Source of the DNA: an archaeon
GTDB taxonomy: Archaea > Iainarchaeota > Iainarchaeia > Iainarchaeales > JAAZKV01
Assembly (NCBI GenBank): GCA_036170245.1
Contig: JAVHOV010000007.1
Location: forward strand, 1-57,111
DNA length: 57,111 bases
Direction of reading: 5' to 3'
Shown here piece after piece: positions 1-8,428 of the stretch (the first letter of the stretch is position 1; every line of letters begins with the position of its first letter). A program made the translations under genes and the position numbers. The notes below the pieces were generated by a model. That model was not told the DNA's origin and searched no databases. It saw nothing but the letters and a program-made list of their open reading frames with translations.

Positions 1-3
1 TAG

Positions 4-23
4 ATAGGAGGGCAACCTCCTAT
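4..23 (+). terminator. Stem-loop ATAGGAGG-gcaa-CCTCCTAT followed by a T-rich tract; probable terminator of a + strand gene ending upstream of the window
   Basis: Perfect 8-bp inverted repeat read at 4-11 / 16-23, followed by TTATTCCTTT. A TATA-like TTTATAAA at 41-48 then precedes the ORF at 103. Confidence 0.35.
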
Positions 24-102
24 TTATTCCTTTATAAAGGATTTCTACAAAACCTCTTCTTTCAAAACAAATAAATACTCTTTTTGTCAATAATACTGTT
101 GT

Positions 103-399
103 ATGGTTGAGTTATTCGGCGATTGGTTTGGAAACATTGTTGCAATTTTTATTGCTTTTGTAATTTACTTGTATTTGAGAATAAATACCAAGGAGAAGAA
201 GAGTTGGAATAGACTCGATTTGTCTTTTTCTGTTGTAATATTTTTGATTACTGCATTTGAAATAATTGGTTCAATAGTTTTTGAAAATCCTTATTATGGT
301 CCTAGTGAAGGATTCATTATTTCAATTGCAATAATGGTTATAACTGCTATAACAGGAACTCTTTCTGCAATTGAATTAAGAGCCGCTCATAAAGAATAA
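103..399 (+). CDS. Small integral membrane protein, function unknown
   Basis: 98-aa ORF with ATG start and three hydrophobic helix-length segments. No recognisable family motif. Confidence 0.5.
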   Translation: MVELFGDWFGNIVAIFIAFVIYLYLRINTKEKKSWNRLDLSFSVVIFLITAFEIIGSIVFENPYYGPSEGFIISIAIMVITAITGTLSAIELRAAHKE

Positions 400-438
400 G
401 TTTAATTAAAAAATATAATTAATTTTAGTTAAATCTTT

Positions 439-1176
439 TTATCCGATGATTAATAGTAGTGACATTATACCGATTCCTAAAAGAATAAAGAAGAATTGGA
501 TGATTGCTTTTTTTACTGAGAACTCTCTGTGCAGTTCTGGAAATAAATCAGTTCCTGCAATATAAAGAAAACTTCCTGCGGCAAATGCCATTAATAGTGG
601 AGTAATTCCAGCTATCATTGTGCTGAAGAATATTGTTAGAATTGCTCCTAAAAATGAAGTGAGTGAGATAAGGAAGTTGTATGCCAGTGCTTTTGGTTTT
701 GAAAATCCTCCTTTAATTAGTACTGCATAATCTCCCATCTCTTGGGGTATTTCGTGTAGTACTACTGCAATAGTTGTAGAGAAGCCAATTACTGGGCTTG
801 CCATAAATGCTCCTGCAAGTATTACTCCGTCAATAAAATTGTGGACTGCATCTCCCATTAAACTCATGTAAGTAAATCTGTGGCATGTTTTTCCATGACT
901 TAAGTGGTGGCAGTGCTGCCAGTGAACTACTTTTTCAAGCAAAAAGAAAGCAACTATTCCTGCAAGAATTGAAAATGATATTGCGGGAGTTATTCCTTCT
1001 TTTGAAATTTCTGGAAGTAAGTGAATGAATACATCTCCGATTAATGCTCCTATTGCAAAAGCAACTAGCGCCTCTACCCAGTGTTCAAAAGTAATGGGTT
1101 TCACTTTTATTGTAATGATTCCAATTATAGAAACCATTGAAATCAAAAATAATGAGCCAAATAATTCTAAGTACAT
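439..1176 (-). CDS. ZIP-family divalent metal (Zn/Fe) transporter
   Basis: Polytopic 245-aa ORF with ZIP signature HEIPQEMGDYAVL and His-rich loop WQHCHHLSHGKTCH. ATG at 1176. Confidence 0.85.
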   Translation of the reverse strand: MYLELFGSLFLISMVSIIGIITIKVKPITFEHWVEALVAFAIGALIGDVFIHLLPEISKEGITPAISFSILAGIVAFFLLEKVVHWQHCHHLSHGKTCHRFTYMSLMGDAVHNFIDGVILAGAFMASPVIGFSTTIAVVLHEIPQEMGDYAVLIKGGFSKPKALAYNFLISLTSFLGAILTIFFSTMIAGITPLLMAFAAGSFLYIAGTDLFPELHREFSVKKAIIQFFFILLGIGIMSLLLIIG

Positions 1177-1219
1177 TTTAATCCCTATTACTTATTCTTC
1201 TTTGGCATAGTTTATATAT

Positions 1220-1244
1220 CTTATTGATTGTGATTATCAATAAG
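1220..1244. promoter_or_regulatory. Fur/Zur-box-like operator palindrome in the divergent ZIP / fur-family promoter
   Basis: Perfect inverted repeat CTTATTGAT-n7-ATCAATAAG, immediately after TATA-like TTTATATA (1211-1218). It lies between the divergently transcribed metal transporter and Fur-family genes. Confidence 0.4.
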
Positions 1245-1256
1245 GTGCTTTTAGTG

Positions 1257-1637
1257 ATGAAAAGGAGATTAACTAAGCAAAAGGAGCTTATTCAAAAAGA
1301 GCTTGACTCAATTAATTCTTTTTTCAGTGCAGAGGATTTATTTGAAAGGGTTAAAAGCAGAGATTCTTCTTTAGGTATTGCTACAATTTACCGTTTCTTA
1401 AATGATTTGAAAAATGATAATCAAATTTTTTCTTATAAATGTGATAGAAGGACAATTTATTCAAAGAGAGAAAAAAGTCATTGCCATTATATCTGCGAGA
1501 AAACCGGTAAAGTTACTCACTTTTCAATTGATTCGCTTGATTTTTTGAAAGATAAAATTCCCGGTTCGATTCACAGTTTTCAAATCGAAGTTAGGGGTGT
1601 CTGTGATAAGCACTTAGGCATTTCTAAAAAGAAATAA
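1257..1637 (+). CDS. Fur-family metal-responsive transcriptional regulator (possibly Zur-like)
   Basis: Winged-helix segment GIATIYRFLNDLKNDNQIF and metal-site region HCHYICEKTGKVTHF, typical of Fur family. ATG at 1257 is preferred over the TTG at 1224 in the ORF track. Confidence 0.75.
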   Translation: MKRRLTKQKELIQKELDSINSFFSAEDLFERVKSRDSSLGIATIYRFLNDLKNDNQIFSYKCDRRTIYSKREKSHCHYICEKTGKVTHFSIDSLDFLKDKIPGSIHSFQIEVRGVCDKHLGISKKK

Positions 1638-1645
1638 ATTTATAG

Positions 1646-1717
1646 CGGGCCCGGGGGGAGTTGAACCCCCGTCTAATCCTTAGGACGGATTTATACTATC
1701 CACTATACTATGGGCCC
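1646..1717 (-). tRNA. tRNA-Arg (anticodon CCU)
   Basis: Hand-folded cloverleaf on the minus strand. Acceptor GGGCCCA/CGGGCCC, D-stem GUAU/GUAU with GG in the loop, anticodon stem AAUCC/GGAUU, loop GUCCUAA, T-arm GGGGG-UUCAACU-CCCCC, discriminator G. Confidence 0.8.
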
Positions 1718-1779
1718 ACGTGTTTTGTGCTATAAAACTTTTTAGTAAAGAACCTTTAAATTAGTTGTTAGTTAGTTCT

Positions 1780-2346
1780 TTAGAGGAATAATTTTAGGGT
1801 TGATGCAGTTAATAGAGGCACCCATAAATTATCATCAAGCGGGATTAGTTCTACTATTGTTGCAACTAGCGCCGCAATTATTGCAAGGTTTATTGGGTAA
1901 AAATAACTTAAACAAAGTAGGGCAACAACAAAGCATGCAGTGCTCCCTTCAAGAGTTTTTTTGCCTAAAATTTTGTGGGTTCCAAAGTTAATTCCTATAA
2001 TTGCTGCGAATGCGTCAGCAAATACCTGCACACTTAATGATGCCAGTATTATTGTTTTATTGTCCTGAAAGAAAAACAATAATAGTATTGCTGATGCGAA
2101 AAAGAATATGGCTGCTTTTCCTGGAAAACTTTTTTCGTTTTCCCGCTCAACGCTCTCAACAATTTTTCCTAAATATGGAAGTTTGACTTTGTATTTTATT
2201 AACGAAGAAACAATTATTCCTAGTGCTAAGAAAAATGAAATAATATTGATGCTGAGGTTTGTTCCTAAAAAATAAATTAGTGCTAAAAAGATTGTTCCAA
2301 AAATTATGTGAATTGATTTTCTTACATATTCTTTTGTGTGTTTCAT
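1780..2346 (-). CDS. CdsA/dolichol-kinase-family (CTP-dependent polyprenol kinase-like) membrane protein
   Basis: 188-aa polytopic ORF with FADAFAAIIGINFGTHK...KTLEGSTACFVV, resembling the CTP_transf_1 / dolichol kinase C-terminal motif. Confidence 0.5.
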   Translation of the reverse strand: MKHTKEYVRKSIHIIFGTIFLALIYFLGTNLSINIISFFLALGIIVSSLIKYKVKLPYLGKIVESVERENEKSFPGKAAIFFFASAILLLFFFQDNKTIILASLSVQVFADAFAAIIGINFGTHKILGKKTLEGSTACFVVALLCLSYFYPINLAIIAALVATIVELIPLDDNLWVPLLTASTLKLFL

Positions 2347-2363
2347 TTTTTTGTTCCCTCAAA

Positions 2364-3020
2364 TTATTTTTTCTTCATTAATATTAGGTAGTGGTGTTTT
2401 TCGTAAGGTTCAAGCATTATTGTTTGGATGATTTCAAATTCTTTTTCAAGTATTTTCTTTTCTGAAATAAGAATATCTTCTTTGGCTTCTGATTGCGAAA
2501 TGCTTCTTGTTTTTAGTGCAAGCGCAGCAAGTCCTCCTTTTTTCAAAAATTGTGCGTTTCTTACAAATATATCTGCTTGGTTTCTTTGTGAAATATCCTG
2601 AAACATTGAGTCAGCTTTGTGTTCAAAATATTCTTTGTAACTATCAGTTTTTTGTGCATCACTTAAAATTGGGTAAATATTTTCTCGCTTTTCTGCCAAT
2701 TTAGTTAATTTGTTCATTGCAATTTCGGAAATATCAATGCAAAATATTGCGCCTTTCTCTCCGACAATGTCTGATACATGGCTTACTGTTGTTCCTTCTG
2801 CACTCCCTAGGTAGATTATAGTGCATCCTTCAAAAAAGATGCTTTCGCTAAGTCCGTTTTTTATTCCTGCTCCATATTTTGAACGGTAAGGATCCCATTC
2901 GCGATATTCAATATTATCTATAGTAACTAATTTTTCTCCATAAACTCTTTTTCCAGCTAGAAGATTTTTAGTATAAATTCCTTTTCCGTCAGAATATATT
3001 CCATCAAAGATTTGTCTCAT
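2364..3020 (-). CDS. flpA: Fibrillarin-like rRNA/tRNA 2'-O-methyltransferase
   Basis: YREWDPYRSKYGAGI, SAM motif YLGSAEGTTVSHVSDIV and typical length (218 aa). Confidence 0.9.
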   Translation of the reverse strand: MRQIFDGIYSDGKGIYTKNLLAGKRVYGEKLVTIDNIEYREWDPYRSKYGAGIKNGLSESIFFEGCTIIYLGSAEGTTVSHVSDIVGEKGAIFCIDISEIAMNKLTKLAEKRENIYPILSDAQKTDSYKEYFEHKADSMFQDISQRNQADIFVRNAQFLKKGGLAALALKTRSISQSEAKEDILISEKKILEKEFEIIQTIMLEPYEKHHYLILMKKK

Positions 3021-3068
3021 AATTAGAATAGGTTATTTGTCTTTTTAAATCGCTTCATTACAATAAAA

Positions 3069-3296
3069 TTAAAGTAATTTTAAAAAATCTTCTTTCTCAA
3101 GACCAATTATTTTTATTATCTGTAAAAGTGTTCCGATTTTTAGTTTTTTGTGGTTAGGGATTGTTAAAATATTTCCAAAATTATCTTTTAGAATTATGTG
3201 ACTTCCTTTTTGTCTTGAAATAAAATAGCCTTTTTTTAAAGCAACTTTTATTGTGTCATTTGCAGAGATATTATATAAATTAGGCATGGGCATCAA
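3069..3296 (-). CDS. hicA: HicA-family mRNA interferase toxin
   Basis: 75-aa ORF with GSHIILKD...LTIPNHKKLKIGTL (YcfA/HicA-like). It overlaps the upstream hicB stop. The true start may be the ATG at 3287. Confidence 0.7.
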   Translation of the reverse strand: MMPMPNLYNISANDTIKVALKKGYFISRQKGSHIILKDNFGNILTIPNHKKLKIGTLLQIIKIIGLEKEDFLKLL

Positions 3297-3519
3297 TTGT
3301 TGCCTTTTCTATTGTAATTAGGTGCGACAATTGTTTTGCTTTATTTTTTCCTTTTTCTTCTAAGTATAGTTCTATTGCTTCTTTTATATTTTTCATTGCC
3401 TTCTCCTTTGTATTTCCTTCTGAAATGCATCCTGGCAATGCTGGTACGTATGCTGTATAACCAACTTTTTGTTTTTCTAGAACTACATCAAAGTCGAATT
3501 TCATTTTTTCACTAAACAA
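3280..3519 (-). CDS. hicB: HicB-family (UPF0150) antitoxin
   Basis: YTAYVPALPGCISEGNTKEKAMKNIKEAIELYLE is the typical HicB N-terminal fold signature. It overlaps hicA. Confidence 0.75.
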   Translation of the reverse strand: MFSEKMKFDFDVVLEKQKVGYTAYVPALPGCISEGNTKEKAMKNIKEAIELYLEEKGKNKAKQLSHLITIEKATIDAHA

Positions 3520-3612
3520 TTTACCACCTTTCTAATTAAATAGTTTTGGACAGCAAAATAGTTTTGTTATCTTTGTTTAAAAACATTTTTGAACTAATTT
3601 GCCGGAGTAGGA

Positions 3613-5025
3613 TTAGTATCTTTTAGCAGTTCTTGGAGTTCTTTTTCCAAATGATGGTTTTGAACGGTTTCCGAATTTATTTTCACCAAATGAAGAGTGT
3701 CCGCTTGGTCTAGAATGTCTTCCTTCTTCGCTTCTGAAACTTGGTCTTGGTCTAAAATCGGAATGGAATTGTCCTTCTTCTCTTCTTTGGTATGGTCTTT
3801 CGCTGTTGTAATAATCCTTATCTTGGCTTGGTGCAGCACTTTCTCCACCATAAGCTGGTCTATCTCTTGAGTAGGGTCTAGCACCATATGCAGGTCTTGA
3901 TCCATATGAAGATCTAGCGCCATAAGAGGGTCTGTCTCTATTGAAAGTTCTAGGTCCGCTACTTGGATAAGCTGGTCTGTCTCTACTAAATGTTCTTGGT
4001 TTAACAAAGTCGCTGTTTCCTCTATTTCCCCAAGTTGAATCTCTTCTTGGTGCAGATGAGTAACTTCTTTCTCTTGGTGCATCGTATACAACTTCTTTTG
4101 GTTCGAATGATGCAGTTGCGTAATTGTCAGTTAATTCTCCGGCAATTCTTGGTCCGAATTTTCTTTTTTGGCTTAAGCTTCCTTCTGTAGGAGGATAGTT
4201 TCCGCTTACTTTAGTCCATGGTTTTCCTGTGTTATTTTTTTCAAAGAATGCTTTTCTTTCTTCAGGAGTAAATGTTCTGTGTTCTGCAGCAAAATCTCTT
4301 TTCTTAATTTCTTTTGTAAAAGTTTCTCTTCTTCTGTCTGCATTTATTTGTTCGTACTCCATTTCTTTTTCTTTTTGTTCTAAAGTTTCTGGTTCATTTG
4401 CAATTAATGTAATTCTTTCTTCAAGTAATTTCTTAGTTTCAGCTGCAGTATTTTCTCCGCCGAAGTAATCAACTTTTAGGGCAATAGCAAGTTTTCCTGC
4501 AATTATTCTTGCTGCTTTTCCTCTCTTAAATCTTGGCAAGTTTTGCAAGAGTGGGTGGTTGAATAAGTGTCCGTGTTTTGGAGACTTAGCATTTTTTCTT
4601 AAGTGTGCAAATAGAGCTTTTTCTGCTCCAAGTACCTGTATAGTTGAAGCTGGCATAAAGCATAATCGTTTCTTTGATCCTGCTTCGCTTAGTAATTTTG
4701 CTCCTATAATTGGTGTAGCAACTTCTGCAAAATTAGGGAATTCTGCTTTCATTTCGGTTTCAATAAATAAATTTAATTTTGCTTTTTCTTCTTCAATTAA
4801 TAAAGTATTTTTTTCAAGGTCTCCGAATTTTTCCAAAGCTTCTCCGCTTGGTGTTCTAACTTGCCATTCGTTTAAATTTTCTCTCATTAAGTTGTTAATA
4901 GAATCAAGGTCGCTTAGTAAGTTAACGGCTTTTATAATGTGTATCTCTTTTCCAGCGAATTTTTCGTTAATTTGTTCGCGTGTTTTTTTAAGCATCTGTT
5001 TTCTTAAGAAGTCTCTTTGTTCCAT
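3613..5025 (-). CDS. nop5: Nop5 (Nop56/58)-like C/D box sRNP core protein, atypical: no apparent N-terminal domain, about 255-aa disordered C-terminal tail
   Basis: Nop-domain motifs GAKLLSEAGSKKRL..MPASTIQVLGAEKALFAHL...KHGHLFNHP...RGKAARIIAGKLAIALKVDYF at aa 108-188. The tail (aa ~216-470) is rich in R/S/P/Y/G with RDRP(A/S)Y repeats. Confidence 0.85.
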   Translation of the reverse strand: MEQRDFLRKQMLKKTREQINEKFAGKEIHIIKAVNLLSDLDSINNLMRENLNEWQVRTPSGEALEKFGDLEKNTLLIEEEKAKLNLFIETEMKAEFPNFAEVATPIIGAKLLSEAGSKKRLCFMPASTIQVLGAEKALFAHLRKNAKSPKHGHLFNHPLLQNLPRFKRGKAARIIAGKLAIALKVDYFGGENTAAETKKLLEERITLIANEPETLEQKEKEMEYEQINADRRRETFTKEIKKRDFAAEHRTFTPEERKAFFEKNNTGKPWTKVSGNYPPTEGSLSQKRKFGPRIAGELTDNYATASFEPKEVVYDAPRERSYSSAPRRDSTWGNRGNSDFVKPRTFSRDRPAYPSSGPRTFNRDRPSYGARSSYGSRPAYGARPYSRDRPAYGGESAAPSQDKDYYNSERPYQRREEGQFHSDFRPRPSFRSEEGRHSRPSGHSSFGENKFGNRSKPSFGKRTPRTAKRY

Positions 5026-5087
5026 ACAATAAATTCATTTATTTGTCTTTATATGTCTTTCTTTAAGGCAAAAAAAGTAGGATTTGC

Positions 5088-6605
5088 TTAAAGAGTGAAC
5101 TTTTCTTGCTCTTTTAGTAATAAGTGCAGTTTTGCATTTAATTCTTTAATATTCACTCTTACTTGCTTTAGAGAATCTCTTTCTCTTACGGTAACAGAAT
5201 TATCTTTTAGTGAATCATGATCAATTGTAATGCAAAAGGGAACTCCAATTGCATCAAGTCGAGAGTATCTCTTTCCAATGCTTCCACTCTCATCATAGTA
5301 TGTTCTAAAGTCTTTTAGTTCTTCCAAAATCTCTTCGGCTTTTTCTGGAAGTCCGTCTTTTTTCATTAAAGGGAATACTCCTACTTCTATTGGAGCCATT
5401 TTTGGAGGAAGAGCTAATACTGTTCTTTGTGCATCAGTTTCTCTTCGAGAGAATGCAATATCAAGCAGTGCGTAAAATGGTCTGTCTACTCCGAAAGCAA
5501 TTTCTATTACATCTGGAATGAATACTTCTCCACTTTCGCTTCTTACTGTGAGTTCAGTTTTAGAATATTTTGAGTGCTGTGTTAAATCATAATTTGATCT
5601 ATCGCTTATTCCAACCATTTCAACCCATCCAAATGAATTAGTTTCTATTTCAAGGTCCCAAGTGTCATCAGAATAAAATGCGCGTTCATCAGTGTGGTGT
5701 TGTCTGAATCTTATTTTTTCAGTTGGTATTCCTATGGAAGTAATTATTTGGTAACTCAGCCACAGGTTCCACGCATATGCTTTGTTCTTCAAATATTTTT
5801 GTTCCATTGCGTCATTTAATGAAATCATGCTCCACTTTGTTTCAGACTTTTGCATGCTTTCAGTCCAAAGAGGAAGCTTTGCTTCTTTTATTTTATTAAA
5901 TGGTTCAAATATTTGCTTCATTTCTTTACTTAAAAACATTTGTGATTCAGCTTGAGTAAATTCTCTTTGTCTTACTAAGTGCTGTCTTGGAGAAATTTCG
6001 TTTCTAAATGCTTTTCCTATTTGAAAAACAGTGAATGGTAGTTTTCCTCTGAAGAAATTAACGTAGTGCTTGAACGGTAAGTAAGTAGTAGTAGCAGTTT
6101 CTGGTCTGTTGTATGCAACAGTGTCTTTTCCGATTGTTGTTTTCATCATTAAGCTTTGTCTTTGTATTTCAAGTATAAATCTGCCTTTGCATGTAGGGCA
6201 AGTTATTTCATGTTCTTTAATTGATGCAATTAATTCTTCATCCTTAAAGTGATCTGCAGCAATTCCGGTTGCTTCTTCAATTAATTTGTCTGCTCTAAAT
6301 GTTGCTTTGCATTTTGAGCAGTTGATTATTGGGTCATTAAATCCTTTTAAGTGTCCACTTGCTTCCCAAATAATTTGTGGGCTAATTAGAGGGTATTCCA
6401 CTTCAAAGAAACCATTTTTTGTAAATACTTCTCTGAAAGAATTTTCTAGTTTGTTCTTCATTGCTTTTCCAACTAGCCCGTATGAATAAAATCCTGCGAT
6501 TGGTCCGTATAATTCTGGTTCAGGTCCGTAGACAAAATCTTTTTCTGATAAGTATTTTGCAAGTTCTAGTTGGAAATCTTTTTTTTGAGTTTGGGTTTCA
6601 ACCAT
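5088..6605 (-). CDS. glyS: Glycyl-tRNA synthetase (archaeal/eukaryal alpha2 type)
   Basis: YGPIAGFYSYGLVG, FRNEISPR and QREFTQAE class II motifs. C-terminal anticodon-binding region. 505 aa. Confidence 0.9.
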   Translation of the reverse strand: MVETQTQKKDFQLELAKYLSEKDFVYGPEPELYGPIAGFYSYGLVGKAMKNKLENSFREVFTKNGFFEVEYPLISPQIIWEASGHLKGFNDPIINCSKCKATFRADKLIEEATGIAADHFKDEELIASIKEHEITCPTCKGRFILEIQRQSLMMKTTIGKDTVAYNRPETATTTYLPFKHYVNFFRGKLPFTVFQIGKAFRNEISPRQHLVRQREFTQAESQMFLSKEMKQIFEPFNKIKEAKLPLWTESMQKSETKWSMISLNDAMEQKYLKNKAYAWNLWLSYQIITSIGIPTEKIRFRQHHTDERAFYSDDTWDLEIETNSFGWVEMVGISDRSNYDLTQHSKYSKTELTVRSESGEVFIPDVIEIAFGVDRPFYALLDIAFSRRETDAQRTVLALPPKMAPIEVGVFPLMKKDGLPEKAEEILEELKDFRTYYDESGSIGKRYSRLDAIGVPFCITIDHDSLKDNSVTVRERDSLKQVRVNIKELNAKLHLLLKEQEKFTL

Positions 6606-6656
6606 GTTTAATCACAAGTTTAACTATACAATTCAGATTAGTAAAGAAATAAAAAG

Positions 6657-6685
6657 CTCTACTTTTGAAAGAAAAATAAGTAGAG
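6657..6685 (-). terminator. Hairpin downstream of the 515-aa surface-protein gene
   Basis: 8-bp inverted repeat CTCTACTT / AAGTAGAG at 6657-6664 / 6678-6685 in an AT-rich intergenic region. Confidence 0.3.
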
Positions 6686-6704
6686 TTAGTTAATTATTTG
6701 GTTC

Positions 6705-8252
6705 TTAATTGGTCTTCTTAGTTATTTCTATCAATGCTCTGTCTCTTTCTTTTGTTGCTGGGTCTAGCGGGTTATTGTATTCCCATTGTAGTACGCATAC
6801 TTCTGCAACAACTGTGTCAGGAGATTCTACTGAATTCATTATATCTATTGATACTGGTTCATCTTTCTTTCCTGGTGCAATACTTTTTATTTCTGTTGTG
6901 TTTAATTTGAAATAACTTTGGCAACTTGCTGTTGCTTCAGGTGCTTCTAAATCTAAGCTTAGTTCAATATTTTCAATTGCAACACTTCCTAAATTTTCAA
7001 AGTGTGCTTCTCCTCCTACTAAAGTCTTCATTCCTGTGCATACTCCTGTTGATCTTGTGCAGGTTATTGGGAATGTTTTTGGAGTTATTTTGAATACTAA
7101 ATTTACAGTTGTTTCTGTTGTAACGTTGAATGCAATTGTATATGGTTTATCGGCTTTCAGTGATGGGGATGATAATACTACTGATCCTACAAATTTATCT
7201 CCTTTCTTTGCTGTAAGTGGTGCTGTTACAAAAATCTTTATTGATTGGTCTTTTGTCGGATCAATCAAAGGAATTGTTGTTTCGCTTGCTGAAGTAGTTG
7301 AATTAACTATTTCAATCCAGCTTAAAGTGTCTTCAGATCCTGTATCTGGCTGTATTTCTACTTTTAGATTTTCAAGAGGAATTGTTTTGCTCGCATTTTT
7401 AAACTTTAAATTGTATTCTACTTGCTTTCCTGCAGTCAAGGGTACTGTTGTGTTTAACAGAGGAGTCATTGTTAGTTCTGTTGGATTTATTGCAGGCATT
7501 GCTGATATGTCAAACTTTTGGCTTGTTACTTTTGACCCTTCTATTTTGAATGTTATGCTTGCAGGAACAGTTTTTATTAAATTTGATCCTGTTTTTATTT
7601 TCACAGTGAAATCTAAATTTACTGATCCTCCTGCACTAAGAGAGGGTCTTCCTGAGGGAAGTATTTTTACTTCCAAGGGAGTAGTTGCTACTGGAATTAC
7701 ATCTGATAAATTAAATTCATTTCCTGAATTAAAAATATTTATTCTTCCTGTTATTTCTTGATTTTCATATATTTTAGTTGCATCAAGTGCAACTGTTATT
7801 GTTGCGTTAAGGTTTCTTATAAGTTCAATTTTCTTTGTTGTTCCTGTTTTGTCTTCGCTTGTAATGCTTACTGTTTCGCCCTCGACAGGGTTATATCCTT
7901 CAGAAGTCACTTTAGCAGTATATTCTCCAGGAAACAGCGTTGCTTTGAATTTTGTTGATTTAGTTTTTTGGGTTAGTTCAATAAGTCTTCCTGATTCGTC
8001 AGATAATTTTAAAGTTCCTGCAACTGGATTTCCGTCGCTGTCAACTAAAGCAATAGTAATTTCCTTTTGTGATCCAAGCCAGCTTAGTATTAGAAAGCCT
8101 GCTATTAGAAGAACAATTATTCCTATAATTATTGGTAAGTATTTTTTAATATCAATTTGGGGCATCTGTGGTCCGTAATTATAATTTTGTCCCTGTGGGG
8201 TATAATTGTCCGCACCGGGGGAATAGTTAGTATCATTATTTGGATCAAACAA
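6705..8252 (-). CDS. Membrane-anchored cell-surface protein with CarboxypepD_reg-like and repeated beta-sandwich (CARDB-like) domains
   Basis: N/Q/Y-rich N-terminus, one TM helix (IIIGIIVLLIAGFLILSWL), then VDSDGNPVAGT...PGEYTAKVTSEGY and T/S-rich beta-strand repeats. TTG start preceded by GGTGA. Confidence 0.5.
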   Translation of the reverse strand: MFDPNNDTNYSPGADNYTPQGQNYNYGPQMPQIDIKKYLPIIIGIIVLLIAGFLILSWLGSQKEITIALVDSDGNPVAGTLKLSDESGRLIELTQKTKSTKFKATLFPGEYTAKVTSEGYNPVEGETVSITSEDKTGTTKKIELIRNLNATITVALDATKIYENQEITGRINIFNSGNEFNLSDVIPVATTPLEVKILPSGRPSLSAGGSVNLDFTVKIKTGSNLIKTVPASITFKIEGSKVTSQKFDISAMPAINPTELTMTPLLNTTVPLTAGKQVEYNLKFKNASKTIPLENLKVEIQPDTGSEDTLSWIEIVNSTTSASETTIPLIDPTKDQSIKIFVTAPLTAKKGDKFVGSVVLSSPSLKADKPYTIAFNVTTETTVNLVFKITPKTFPITCTRSTGVCTGMKTLVGGEAHFENLGSVAIENIELSLDLEAPEATASCQSYFKLNTTEIKSIAPGKKDEPVSIDIMNSVESPDTVVAEVCVLQWEYNNPLDPATKERDRALIEITKKTN

Positions 8253-8428
8253 AGTTGTTCACCGCAGAAATTAAGAAGTTCTTTTTTATAAAAGTTTGTT
8301 TTTGGCTTTTTTTATGGATTTTTGCCTAATTTTAGAAATTTTTTGAATGTTTTTAACTTTTAAATTTTTAAAAACGGTTTTTTTCTAAAGCATTAAGTAT
8401 TAAATTCTCCTTTGATTGTTGTTTAGTT

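Noticed and set aside
3594-4091. 165-aa minus-strand ORF overlapping the nop5 3' region; also the + strand ORFs at 4229-4468 and 4559-5032
   Set aside because: These are alternative-frame or antisense readings of the repetitive Nop5 tail and Nop domain. The Nop5 frame carries the conserved motifs.
7036-7761. 241-aa + strand ORF, plus the ORFs at 6709-6915, 7758-7958 and 7849-8178
   Set aside because: They are antisense to the better supported 515-aa surface-protein gene. Their composition is low-complexity (V/S/F/I-rich), typical of shadow ORFs in AT-rich DNA, and they have no motifs.
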